Source: an uncultured Nitrososphaeraceae archaeon
GTDB taxonomy: Archaea > Thermoproteota > Nitrososphaeria > Nitrososphaerales > Nitrososphaeraceae
DNA length: 64,000 bases
Assembly: GCA_963779615.1 (NCBI GenBank)
Contig: CAVZZA010000005.1
Span: forward strand, 64,001 to 128,000
Reading direction: 5' to 3'
Position numbers and translations under genes: made by a program. Below, piece by piece: positions 20,974-31,529 of the stretch; within the stretch, counting starts at the first letter, position 1; each line of letters opens with the position of its first letter. Under the pieces are notes generated by a model. The model saw nothing but the letters and a program-made list of their open reading frames with translations. It was not told the origin of the DNA and did not search any database.

Positions 20974-22359
20974 TCATAAATCCTTAGGAGGTACTGCAAA
21001 CTTGTTTGATATGTCAGAGTGATATTTTATCACTAAAGATGGATCCTTTTGTCTGCCTGTCAACACACCCACTACTGTTTCATCTTTTTGTATAATTTCC
21101 TTTTTTCTTAGTTTCATAATACCAGCAGGCACAGAACCTGAAGCCATTTCACAGTCAAATCCATTTATGCCCACCACAGACATACCATCCATCATATCTT
21201 CATCCATAACTTGTTCCACTACCCCATTTGTAAACTCAATAGTCCTTAATGCTTTTATTATATTTGCGGGTTTTCCAATTTGTATGGCTGTTGCCGGAGT
21301 TTTTGGAAAACGTTGATCTTTTCTTTGTTTTTCATAATACCTTTCTATTAAACCAATATTAGGGCACCCGTTATTCCATTGGAGCTTTGTATCTTCAAAT
21401 AAACCATTAACTAATTCATAAAAAGTATTGGCTCCTACCGCATTGACCACTAAAACACGAGGAATTTTTTTTATCCAGCCCCATTTGTATAGATCCATTA
21501 ACGCTTTTCCACAACTTGAAATATTTCCAAGAGCTCCCCCAGGATAAACTATCCAATCCGGAGGACTCCAATTCAAATGCTCAAGGATTCTGAAAACAAT
21601 AGTCTTTTGACCTTCCAGTCTAAAAGGATTTAAAGAATTTACCGTATATCCACCTTCATTTGTGGCAATCTCAAGAGACTTTGCAAGAGCGTCATCAAAA
21701 TTGCCATCAACTTGTATTACTTGTGCACCGAACTGAAATGCTTGTCCTAATTTTCCAGGGGCAATTTCACCTTTAGGTATATATACTTCACAATCCAAGC
21801 CTTCATTAGAAGCATACATAGCAGCAGATGCAGAGGTATTTCCCGTAGAAGCACATATTAATTTTTTAACCCCCAATAATTTTGCGTGTGTTACTGCTGC
21901 GGCCATACCGTTATCTTTAAAAGAACCACTTGGGTTATATCCTTCCGGTTGAAGGAAAAGATTATCAACAGGCATATCAATATAATTAGCAACCTTACTC
22001 ATCCTATACGGTCTAGACAATCTTCCTTCTGATCCATCCAAAGATACAAAATATTTAGAACATTCATTTATATCTCCTGTATCAATATCCAGAAAATTGA
22101 TGAGCTCTCTAAATCGCCATACTCCACTTTCGTTAAAAATATTGCCTCCATGATTAAGTCTTTGGAAGAAGGCATCAATTAATGATTTATCTGGATATTT
22201 ATGATATTCAATATCAATTAAATAACCACATGAACACCTATAAACATCATTTTCAACTGAATAGGTAAGTCCACATGAAGGATTGATACATTTCTTTTTT
22301 ACATTCAAATCATATTCGATTAAAGTTTCACCATTTGTATTTATAAACTTAAAATGCAA
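20974..22359 (-). CDS. thrC: Threonine synthase (true start probably somewhat downstream)
   Basis: EGYNPSGSFKDNGM PLP-Lys motif, CASTGNTSAS, NSLNPFRLEGQKT. Confidence 0.95.
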   Translation of the reverse strand: MHFKFINTNGETLIEYDLNVKKKCINPSCGLTYSVENDVYRCSCGYLIDIEYHKYPDKSLIDAFFQRLNHGGNIFNESGVWRFRELINFLDIDTGDINECSKYFVSLDGSEGRLSRPYRMSKVANYIDMPVDNLFLQPEGYNPSGSFKDNGMAAAVTHAKLLGVKKLICASTGNTSASAAMYASNEGLDCEVYIPKGEIAPGKLGQAFQFGAQVIQVDGNFDDALAKSLEIATNEGGYTVNSLNPFRLEGQKTIVFRILEHLNWSPPDWIVYPGGALGNISSCGKALMDLYKWGWIKKIPRVLVVNAVGANTFYELVNGLFEDTKLQWNNGCPNIGLIERYYEKQRKDQRFPKTPATAIQIGKPANIIKALRTIEFTNGVVEQVMDEDMMDGMSVVGINGFDCEMASGSVPAGIMKLRKKEIIQKDETVVGVLTGRQKDPSLVIKYHSDISNKFAVPPKDL

Positions 22360-22370
22360 ATTATTAGCAT

Positions 22371-23342
22371 TTGAACAATACTTGTAACAAATTCAATAAC
22401 ATGCTAACTGATATTTGTAACAGAGAAAAACATGATGGAATATTGCTCTCTGGAGGATTAGATAGCAGCATACTTGCATATCATACGAGACCCAAGGATG
22501 CAGTTACAGTAACTATTGACAGTAATGCTCCAGATTACTTTTATTCTTCTCTAATAGCAAACAAAAAAAAATATTCTATGAATCATCATATGATTACCAC
22601 CTCATTCAAAGATATTCTATTAAATATAGAGGAATTAATTAAAGATTTTAAAACATTTGATCCCATTTTTCTAAAAAACTCCGTAGTTCAATATCTGGGA
22701 TTTAAAACGGCAAAAAAACTGAATATAACCTCAATGGTCATTGGAGATGGAGCAGATGAGATATTTGCAGGATATAATTTTTTACTTGAACATATTGACG
22801 AGCCTGCTAAAATTGAGTTAAAAATCAATTCACTCATTTCAAATATGGATTTTGCTTCTGTCAAACTATCCGATAAGTTGGGTTTAAAAATATTCCTTCC
22901 ATTTTTGGAACCAGAAATTATCGAATTCTCAAAGGAAATCACAATAGGAGACAAAATATCGAGACATCACGGCATTCCCTACGGAAAATATTTCCTAAGA
23001 AAATGTTATGAAAATATTTTAGGAAAAGAAGTGGCATGGAGGCAAAAAACTGCATTAGAAAATGGGTCAGGTGTTACCTTTTTAAAATACTATATCGACA
23101 ATACTCTGATAGATGATTATGAATACAGTGATCAGAGAGAAAAAGCAAAACTAGAAGGCGTAGAAATTAGAAATAAGGAACATCTCCATTTTTACAAAAC
23201 ATACAGAAAGTTTTTTGGCCCTCCAATTGAGGACAAATCTTTAGATGGTCATAACATTAAAAGATGCCCTTACTGCAAATCAATATTTTCATCAAAGGGA
23301 AAGTTTTGCAAAATTTGCGGAGCTTTTCCAGTTACATTCTAA
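22371..23342 (+). CDS. Asparagine synthase C-terminal-domain protein with C-terminal zinc ribbon
   Basis: LSGGLDSS, GDGADEIFAGY, GKYFLR, R-x-K; CPYC..CKICG; no N-terminal glutaminase domain. Confidence 0.82.
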   Translation: MNNTCNKFNNMLTDICNREKHDGILLSGGLDSSILAYHTRPKDAVTVTIDSNAPDYFYSSLIANKKKYSMNHHMITTSFKDILLNIEELIKDFKTFDPIFLKNSVVQYLGFKTAKKLNITSMVIGDGADEIFAGYNFLLEHIDEPAKIELKINSLISNMDFASVKLSDKLGLKIFLPFLEPEIIEFSKEITIGDKISRHHGIPYGKYFLRKCYENILGKEVAWRQKTALENGSGVTFLKYYIDNTLIDDYEYSDQREKAKLEGVEIRNKEHLHFYKTYRKFFGPPIEDKSLDGHNIKRCPYCKSIFSSKGKFCKICGAFPVTF

Positions 23343-23460
23343 AAAATTAGAATTAACACAGGATTGTATCCACGTATGCAAGTATCTATGGTTACTGGCC
23401 AAGAAAAAACGCCGATTTTATAAATAAAATGTGTTATGATAATATGGTTATACAAGAATT

Positions 23461-24126
23461 ATGTCTTTTAGTAACAAATGGATAAAACCTCAGCAAAACG
23501 AATTAAACAATGTAGGCATGAAGTTATTAGAAAATATTAAACCCCCATCCCCCCTCAAACCACGTATTGAAGAAGCTCAAAAAAGACTCCATTCACAAAT
23601 CTCAAAATTAGAAAATATGTCCATGAAGATGGAGGAGAAAGATCAAGCTATTTTTAAAAGAGTCATTAGCGCCATGCAAAGCCATGATAGCCAATATGCC
23701 AAAATATTATCAAACGAATTATCCCAAATAAGAAAAATGAATAAAATGATTACTTCTGCGAAATTGGCTCTAGAACAAATACAACTGAGATTGAACACAA
23801 TTACCGAGTTAGGCGATGTAATAGTAACATTAAGTCCTGCAATGTCAGTAATAAAAAACATACAGGGTGGTTTGACTTCAATGATGCCCGAGGCAGGCCA
23901 ATCATTTGGAAAGATAACCGATATACTAAATGGAATCATGAACGAGTCTGGGCAAATACCGCAAACAACAGAAATACCAGGAAATTCAAACAGTTTAGGC
24001 GAGGATGCAATGAAAATTATAGAAGAAGCCAGTGCAATAGTAGAACAAAACATGAAAGACAAATTTCCCGATTTGCCAAACACCACCATTGACGCAAAAG
24101 TAACTGAAAGCAATTCACTTTACTAA
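23461..24126 (+). CDS. cdvB: CdvB / ESCRT-III (Snf7) cell-division paralog
   Basis: PLKPRIE, LEQIQLRLNTITELGD..LSPAMSVIK, EEASAIVE..KFPDLP. Confidence 0.9.
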   Translation: MSFSNKWIKPQQNELNNVGMKLLENIKPPSPLKPRIEEAQKRLHSQISKLENMSMKMEEKDQAIFKRVISAMQSHDSQYAKILSNELSQIRKMNKMITSAKLALEQIQLRLNTITELGDVIVTLSPAMSVIKNIQGGLTSMMPEAGQSFGKITDILNGIMNESGQIPQTTEIPGNSNSLGEDAMKIIEEASAIVEQNMKDKFPDLPNTTIDAKVTESNSLY

Positions 24127-24138
24127 AACCAATACTAT

Positions 24139-24477
24139 TTATTTTTTTTTATTTCCGCCATTAGAAATATTAATTATTTGTTTCTTTATTCTAGAAATGG
24201 TCGGATAACTATATCCTTTTTCACGATAACGTCTAATCATTATTTTCCAATTTTTCATCCTTATTTTTGCCTGCTTTGCATTCATCAAATAGGTTTCTTT
24301 CTTCACAATACTCTTCCGACCAGAATTTAAATAACCTCCCAGGGTCGCCCTATTTCTGTTGTAGGAAAATCTCAACCCAAAAACAATCAAATCTGGAGGC
24401 AGATTGTCAAAATAGTTTCTAATTTCATCATATTGAGATTTAGATCCATGGAACTCGAGAGAATATTTTTTTTTCAA
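24139..24477 (-). CDS. Conserved hypothetical basic protein
   Basis: 112-aa basic ORF with GYLNSGRKS and GYSYPTISRIKK. Confidence 0.65.
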   Translation of the reverse strand: MKKKYSLEFHGSKSQYDEIRNYFDNLPPDLIVFGLRFSYNRNRATLGGYLNSGRKSIVKKETYLMNAKQAKIRMKNWKIMIRRYREKGYSYPTISRIKKQIINISNGGNKKK

Positions 24478-24561
24478 TTCATACTTCTCCCTGAATTATG
24501 ATTTTGTGACAAGAATTATCAAACATTAAGAAAAATAATGATTCGATGATGAACACAACAA

Positions 24562-25131
24562 TTAAAATATTTTTAGCCCGCTATAATTGATGTTTTTTAA
24601 AAATTCGTCTATTTTGATCAAAATTACAGAAAAAGGATAATCAGGATTTTTATCAGAATCATTGTTGGAATAATATGGAGAAGCGATAAAGGTATTGAGA
24701 TTTAAGTTTTTTATTTTTTTTGATGAAACAACCCATATATTGTTTGTGTTTTTTTGAACCTTTGACAATTTTGCAATTGCCTCATCGATGTCCTCATCCC
24801 TATCTTTGAAAAAATGGATTGTAACTGCCTTATCACTGTCGGCTCTAAGGTTTTTAGAATTTGGAACAAGTACATCTATGGCAACACCATCTACGCTTAC
24901 TTTTCGCTCTGCGGGAATCATGGACACGGTTAAAACAAAATGCATTAACGCCTCAGCAAACAATACGAGTTCATCCTCAACTGGATTGCTTTCATTCAAC
25001 AAATTTGTACAATTATTCAAAAGTGAACTAATCACAGTTTTGGAATTAGATATATCTTCTGACAATAGAGATCTGATATGATTTTTCCCCATCTTGTCGA
25101 TTTCAGCATACAGAATTTCTTTGATTTCCAC
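24562..25131 (-). CDS. Hypothetical protein
   Basis: 189-aa ORF, protein-like composition. Confidence 0.65.
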   Translation of the reverse strand: MEIKEILYAEIDKMGKNHIRSLLSEDISNSKTVISSLLNNCTNLLNESNPVEDELVLFAEALMHFVLTVSMIPAERKVSVDGVAIDVLVPNSKNLRADSDKAVTIHFFKDRDEDIDEAIAKLSKVQKNTNNIWVVSSKKIKNLNLNTFIASPYYSNNDSDKNPDYPFSVILIKIDEFLKNINYSGLKIF

Positions 25132-25369
25132 TTTTCATTCATTATTTGTAAATACAATATTTATAAATTAATATACATAAAGTCAATAATATTATCAATA
25201 CCAAGAAATTGATAGTTTTATAGATAATAATATGATAACATACCAATTAGCAAATACACAATAACAAAATTTAATAATTTTATCTAAATTTGTTGGTTTA
25301 TTGTACGGATATTTGTGATGATTGGAATATAATGTTGTAACACTATCAAATCTCCGTAGGCTATAATCC

Positions 25370-26290
25370 AAACTTCTTCTATAACCATTAATTATGGTGT
25401 TGTAGCAGTTGGAAGATACACAGAAAGAAAATCCATGTTTTCTTAAAAATCCGCTCTTACCTTTTTTGATTTGGAATGTTTGGTTATGCCTATCCATAAA
25501 TACATAACACCTTGGAAATTTGGAATGAATCATCATTAGAACATCCAGGAATGTAGCATCGTTGAATATATTATACTGAATGAAGAGATGCTTATTTCCC
25601 TCCAATGCTCATGACACCAAAAATACATGAATGCTTGTGAGCCTGTCACTCACCACAGGTCTTTCATTCTCTTTGTCAATACAAGTCTTCTTACCAAGGA
25701 ATCATAGAAAAAGAAGGATTCATTCAGTGATACTAGAGTAAAGCGTTTTTCTTCTTCTTCTTCTTGTTTATCTACAAATATCTGGATGACCTTTTTTTGA
25801 AAGCCTTCTTATCATCTTTGGATGCAAAAGTGTCAGCATGTACCTTTCTTGGTACCTTCTTCTGCTTGAAATCCCACTTGCAAAGGATGTGATATATGTG
25901 GGTATAATGGTATTTTATCCCGCCACTTTTTCTTACAATTATATCTTCAACCTGTTTTGTCGTCCAACCAATATTGCTGTCTTTCAGTTCTTTCTCAATC
26001 TGGAAACTAACCTCTTCAGATAGTTCGTGGGGTCTGCCGCTTTTGTGTCTGTTTTTTAATCCATTTATGCACCCTCTTTACAATATCTTTTTAGCCATTC
26101 ACAGGCCCATGCTCTACTTCTATGAAGGAGGCCTCTTGCTACATGAGCTGCTATAATACCATGATATACAACGTTGAAAACAAGCAGCATCCTTTCCTTT
26201 GTCTTTACATCCTGTTCAGATTAGTAGATCCTTTCAAAAGATTCTCTGGCAAGAGCCAAATGAGCAAGATGACAATGGAATTAACCCAGC
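25370..26290 (-). pseudogene. Degraded IS630-family transposase (boundaries approximate)
   Basis: Fragments ERMLLV, WACEWLKRY, KSGRP, KVPRKVH, SLNESFFFYDSL, FLDV..IHSKFPRCYVFMD with many frameshifts; homologous to 60540-61553. Confidence 0.8.
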
Positions 26291-26342
26291 TATGGGCACA
26301 TTAAAAAATAAAAGGATGAGATAGTGTGGTTTTGATATCAAA

Positions 26343-27356
26343 CTAACAGGTACATACAAAAAATGATTCTTTTAAATCAACTATTAATTCTATTGCGTTT
26401 TTGGTAATGAACGTGATATGTTATTTTGCACTATTTTTAAAATTTTATTATAGAGCATATCCGCAGTGTTAAGTATTGGTTCATAATTTGTTTGGATATA
26501 GTTATTAAGTGATACATCATTGAGAAAATCCTCTGAATTGTCTATATCGTCCTCATAATAGTTGAAACCGGTTATTAGTTCACTTTTTTTGGATCTTTTC
26601 TTAATGCTACTAATACTGTTGCAACGGATGCCACTAGTAGATCCTGATTGCTGTTTAAGATGGAGGCCGCTCTTTGTTCTGCGATTTCCCTGAATTTGGA
26701 ATAATCTTCACCATCATTTAAATCACCGACATCTTTTTCCATCATTAGCAGTTGAGCAGATTTGATTTTTATTGAATTGGTTAATCTGCCAAGTTTTGAT
26801 TGGTATAGCTGAATAGTATTTATTGATTGTTCTATTTTATTTTGTAATTCTTTGTTTTTAGCTATCAAATCTCTGTTTTTGTCAACCGATGAGTCTATTG
26901 TTTTGACTCGTGTTTGCACCAATTCATCAAGTGACAGTAATTGGTCTGAATATTGCAAAATTTTTGATATACCTTTTTCATCTATTTCCTTTTACTTTAT
27001 AATTCTGTAAAATGTTGGAAATGATGGAATGTTGTTTTTTATTCCTTCTTCATACGCAGTGTCAATTTCATAAAGCCCTTTTAGTTTCCAAAAGTCCCTA
27101 TAAATTCTTTCTATCTCCTCTACACCCAAATCTAGTTCATTCGATACATCCAAAGGGGTTTTGCCCTGAGAGAATAGTTTTCTAGCTTGTGTGTCTTTTG
27201 ATACCGGTTTTGTCTCCTCTTCGCCATTTGATTTCTTTATTATTGAACTGATGCTTCCAGGCGACAAATGCTCTTCCTTAGCTATCTCCCTGTATGTTTT
27301 GCCTTGTTCACGGAGCTCTATAACACGTTTTTCTTTTCCTCTTTTTTTGATACCAT
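26343..27356 (-). pseudogene. Disrupted gene for an N-terminal HTH plus coiled-coil protein
   Basis: ATG at 27356, frameshift, then EKRVIELREQGKTYREIAKEEHLSPGSISSIIK (HTH); a second HTH-like segment; in-frame stop at 26992; coiled coil (26575-26958); a further frameshift leads to a stop at 26343. Confidence 0.7.
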
Positions 27357-27407
27357 CGCATTAGGTATGGTATAGAGTTAGTTTATAAAAGAATGAAAAA
27401 AAATATC

Positions 27408-27448
27408 TGTTTCTTGCTGTTATCTGAATGTTATCTAATGTTTTTTCC
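27408..27448. repeat. Degenerate 10-11-bp tandem repeat upstream of the HTH pseudogene
   Basis: TGTTTCTTGC/TGTTATCTGAA/TGTTATCTAA/TGTTTTTTCC with TGT starts at 27408, 27418, 27429, 27439; just upstream of a TATA-like TTTATAAA at about 27381-27390. Confidence 0.45.
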
Positions 27449-28562
27449 CTATTTGTGCATGTTTCTAAAATTTTTCATGGATACACCTGTTATTTCTTAA
27501 AATTTTTTGAGTTAGTTGAGAAGTGATTTATTATGTTTATTTATACAACATAAATAATATAATAGTCTCTAACGTGATTAGTTCTATCTATAGAATATTT
27601 AAAAACCTAATGTCCATTGAACATAATACGCAATACAAAATGTAAATTTTATAAATAATTATGGATTTATTGTAAAATTTTGGTATGTATCTTATTACCT
27701 GGGATCTATAATCATATTTTTCCATTCAAATATGCGATACTATGAAGGATCATCTAATTTTATTAAAAATTTACTTGATAATTGCTTTAGCTTGTAACTT
27801 TTAGATCTTTTGAAGAATCTTTTACACATTTATACAAATAATCGCTAACAATAATTATCAGTTGTTTTAAATCCTAACATGGATCTTATCATGAAAAATT
27901 CCTTATTTGGTATAGAAATAGTTGTAAAGCCGCGAGTTAAAGGGATATAAAAATATTGCAAATCAATTATCCCATGAAAGTTAGTGAAAAGGGCTCTACT
28001 CAAACCGTCAGTGATGAAGAACAACACGTTAGACACCTTATTGAACAGGTGCTGTTTACAGCTCAGGACATAAACAATACAGTGTATCTAAGATAGGACC
28101 GAAGGTTTAATATATATACTTAAGAATGATGATGAACCACTAATAAAAACGATAAGGTCTTCTTTAAAATACAGGATGATTTCATTTTATAAAATAAAAT
28201 TTAAACAAAATAATAAAATGTATATTTCATTCATTTAGAGTATTTGTAATAAATAAGAGTTGTTTCCGAGTCAACCGAAGTATTTAATACAATATTTATA
28301 ATATTTGGAATTAGTTCTTTATCTTTTAACTTTTCTATCCATTTATATATATTGGAAAATATAATATGTCTATAAAATTTACAACAATATATCAATTGAT
28401 ATTTTATACTAGAATTAGATACGTTATTTTTACTAGTACATATCATATATTAATTTATTAGTAAACAGTAACTTACTTTAAAATATATTTTTTGTAATTA
28501 TTTACATTACATAACTAGTTGTTATACTATACCTCTAGTAACATCATGATATGTGTACTGAT

Positions 28563-28586
28563 ATTTCAAAACTCGAGTTTTGAAAG
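28563..28586. repeat. Palindromic site A (left flank of the bio block)
   Basis: ATTTCAAAACTCGAGTTTTGAAAG; 28564-28585 is a perfect 22-bp palindrome. Confidence 0.8.
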
Positions 28587-28675
28587 TATTAGATTAGAGT
28601 CATAAAAATAGAAAATAAATAAAAGAATAGGTTAATATTTGCAGAATAATTCAAATCAAATACTGTATAGTAACT

Positions 28676-30041
28676 ATGAAATCATTAGGTAAAGATGATA
28701 AACAATTTGTGTGGCATCCATACACCCAGATGAAAGACTGGATGCAACAGAATAACAAAGTAATAGTAAAAGGAGAAGGATTTTATCTTATAGATGTTGA
28801 TGGTAACAGATACCTCGACGGTATTGCAAGTATGTGGTGTAATGTCTGGGGTCATGGACAAAATGTAGTTACAGACGCCATGGTTGATCAGATAAGGACT
28901 CTTCAACATTCAACCCTATTTGGATTGGCTAACGAACCTTCAGTAACCCTTGCAGAAAAACTGTTAAAAATATCAAAAGGTATGGAGAGGGTCTTTTATA
29001 CAGATAATGGTTCCACTGCAGTAGAAGTTGCATTAAAGATGGCACTACAATATTATGCCAATATAGGTAAACCTGAAAAAAATCGCTTTATTTCTATTCA
29101 AAATGGATATCATGGAGATACCGCCGCCGCAATGTCTGTCGGATACATACAAAAATATTTTGGAGCATACGAATCTTTGTTAACACCGGTATTTCAAGCA
29201 TCAAGTCCTTCATGTAATTATAACAACAATAGAAACAGAGAAAAGGATAGAAAAAAAGAACTTACAGATTTTATAGACAGATGTATAGAAAAAACAGAAA
29301 ACATATTCAAAAAATACAGTAAAAAGTGCTGTGCACTTGTAATGGAAAGCGGAGCTCAAATAGCAGGAGGCGTAATAATATATCCTCCCAATTACCAGAA
29401 AAGAATTGCCGAGCTTTGTCAGAAGTATGACGTACTATTTCATACTTGACGAAATTGCAACTGGTTTTGGGAGACTTGGAAATATAATAGAATATATAGC
29501 ACAGAACTCCACTCCAGATATTGTTTGTTTTGGGAAATCCCTAACTGCAGGCTATTTTCCCCTAGCGGTTACCCTCACAACAAATAAAATTTATGAATCG
29601 TTTCTGGGAGAATATAGTGAAAATAAACAATTATATCACGGCCACACATTTACAGGGAACCCCATAGGATGTGCCACTGCAATAGCAAATATTGAAGAAT
29701 ACCAACGCCAAAAATTGATTCAGCAAATAAGACAAAATAGTAAGTATATTTTAAATAGATTAAAGGAGTTAGAATCTTGCAGCATCATAACAGATATTCG
29801 TCACAAGGGACTGTTAACTGGAATGGTACTAGAAAAAAACGGAAAGCCAATTGAGATTCTCAAAGATAAGCAAAGGTTAAACTATTTTGTAATGAAAGAA
29901 TCATTGAAAATGGGTGTTTTTTTAAGGTCCCTCGGAAACATATTGATGTTTATCCCCCCATTAGCAATAAAACAAAAGGATCTGGACAAAATTATTGATG
30001 TTCAGTTTAAACTCATTAAAATGATAGAACATAACGTCTAA
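28676..30041 (+). CDS. bioA: Adenosylmethionine--8-amino-7-oxononanoate transaminase, split by a +1 frameshift
   Basis: VWHPYTQM, DGIASMWCNVWGH, GSTAVEVALKMA, GYHGDT; DEIATGFGR, GKSLTAGY, HGHTFTGNP; an extra T at about 29438-29440 separates the two ORFs. Confidence 0.93.
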
Positions 30042-30238
30042 AAATATAGATGTATTTATTTTCTAATTGTTTTGATCTGTCAAGTTGAGAAAAATTCCTA
30101 AACTTTTCAATTTGGTGATCAGTAATCTTCGTTATAAAAAAATATTATAAAATTATATATCGCATTAATTTTAGATAATGTTAAAAGTTCGATTTTGGTC
30201 TGTGAACCAGATATTTTTTATTAAATGTCTGACGGCTA

Positions 30239-30868
30239 TTATTCTTTTCTAGTATTATCACTAATGCTGGATACAGAATATAAGAGCCGCAGTTCTTTAT
30301 AGAGTGTTGCCTTTGATACCCCTAGCTCCCTGGCAATCTTTACTCGTGGTTTATTTTGAGCAAGCAGCTTTATTAGATTATCTTTATCCAGTTCCTTCTT
30401 CGGCCTGCCGATTATCTTTCCAACGGATTTGGCCCTGGATAACCCATCTTTTGTTCTTTGGACCAGCATTTCCCGCTCCCGTTCTGCAACCCACGTTAGG
30501 ATCCCTATCATGAGCTTTCTCACGCTGGGTTCTGTCATCTGTAAAAAGGATTCTCGGGGTGAACATGATATGAGGGGAGCATATGCCTCTATGGCCTTTA
30601 TTGCATCCAAGGTATCCCAAAAAGTGCGTCCAACCCTTGATAACTCATATATTAATATTGCATCAACTGATTCATTTTTTACGATACTGAGCATGTCTAC
30701 AAAACCTTTTCTTTTGACTGCAGGAATCTTGCCGCTAACTGCAGAGTCTTCAAAATACTCCAGTATCTGAAAGTCATGATTATCTGCCCACTTTTGCATG
30801 GCCAGCCTTTGATTTAATACTGTTTGCTCCTCTGTGCTTACCCGCAGGTATGCAAAGGCATATTTCAC
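30239..30868 (-). CDS. Serine recombinase (resolvase/invertase type) with C-terminal HTH
   Basis: YLRVSTEEQ catalytic Ser, ED..VSG, YELSRVGR, AEREREMLVQRTKDGL..GRPK..IARELGVSKATLYK. Confidence 0.95.
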   Translation of the reverse strand: MKYAFAYLRVSTEEQTVLNQRLAMQKWADNHDFQILEYFEDSAVSGKIPAVKRKGFVDMLSIVKNESVDAILIYELSRVGRTFWDTLDAIKAIEAYAPLISCSPRESFLQMTEPSVRKLMIGILTWVAEREREMLVQRTKDGLSRAKSVGKIIGRPKKELDKDNLIKLLAQNKPRVKIARELGVSKATLYKELRLLYSVSSISDNTRKE

Positions 30869-30925
30869 AATAATTGTTATCTTTTCTATTTTATTTTGCT
30901 AAAGATCAAACATTATTAACAAACA

Positions 30926-31081
30926 GTACAAAAAAGGTAATTCCTCTTTTTAAACTGCCATATAGAATAATACGCATTTCAAAGGTAAAAAAACAGGGTT
31001 AGTTAATGCACGGTCTAACAACGGGTCCTTTTTTATACCAAACCACAATTCAATGTAGATAGCGAATATCGTTTTTGTGAC
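30926..31081. promoter_or_regulatory. Putative res-like site with three subsites upstream of the recombinase
   Basis: Imperfect dyads GTACAAAAAAGG-6-CTCTTTTTAAAC (30926-30955), GTCTAACAACGG-2-CCTTTTTTATAC (31013-31038), GTAGATAGCGA-3-TCGTTTTTGTGAC (31055-31081). Confidence 0.5.
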
Positions 31082-31529
31082 TTTTCACGGTGTCTTTAAA
31101 GGGAGATTAGTTAAATTTTGATGGAATAAGATTAAAGACTAAAATATAGACACTACAATTAATAAGTCTACCAAAGATTCTAATTTACATTTATTTAAAT
31201 GCAATTCAATCTACAACTATTCAATATTTAACGCATTTTTAAAAAATATCATGATAGGCAAGTTTTTTATTTTTATGTATTAATTTTAGTTTTCCATATT
31301 TTTTCAAAATCTTAAGATCAACACAAAGGACGTTACATCTATTTGTTAATAATTACCGTTAGGAGTTTGTTGTTAAGATTTCATACAACACGACTATAAG
31401 CACAATTTTAATACATCTCCAAAAGGCTGATACAAACCCATTAAAAAAATAAAAAAATAAAATACGGTATTTTAAATCATGGATTAATTATTATAACACC
31501 TTTTATAATTGTCCTATTTAGGATAGAAT

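Noticed and set aside
23643-24113. Long antisense ORFs (for example 23643-24113, 40599-41114, 8623-9075)
   Set aside because: They are shadows on the opposite strand of well-supported genes.
27845-28446. Short ORFs 27845-28036(-), 28231-28446(-) and a 40-aa + strand ORF near 27974
   Set aside because: No recognisable motifs in very AT-rich DNA; cannot be supported as genes.
29430-29450. Programmed frameshift in bioA
   Set aside because: No slippery heptamer or stimulatory structure; a simple indel explains it.
30181-30200. Weak look-alike of the bio-flanking palindrome (TTAAAAGTTCGATTTTGG)
   Set aside because: Needs a gap and several mismatches; compatible with chance in AT-rich DNA.
30239-30868. 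IS607 element
   Set aside because: The HTH is C-terminal rather than N-terminal and there is no tnpB next to it.
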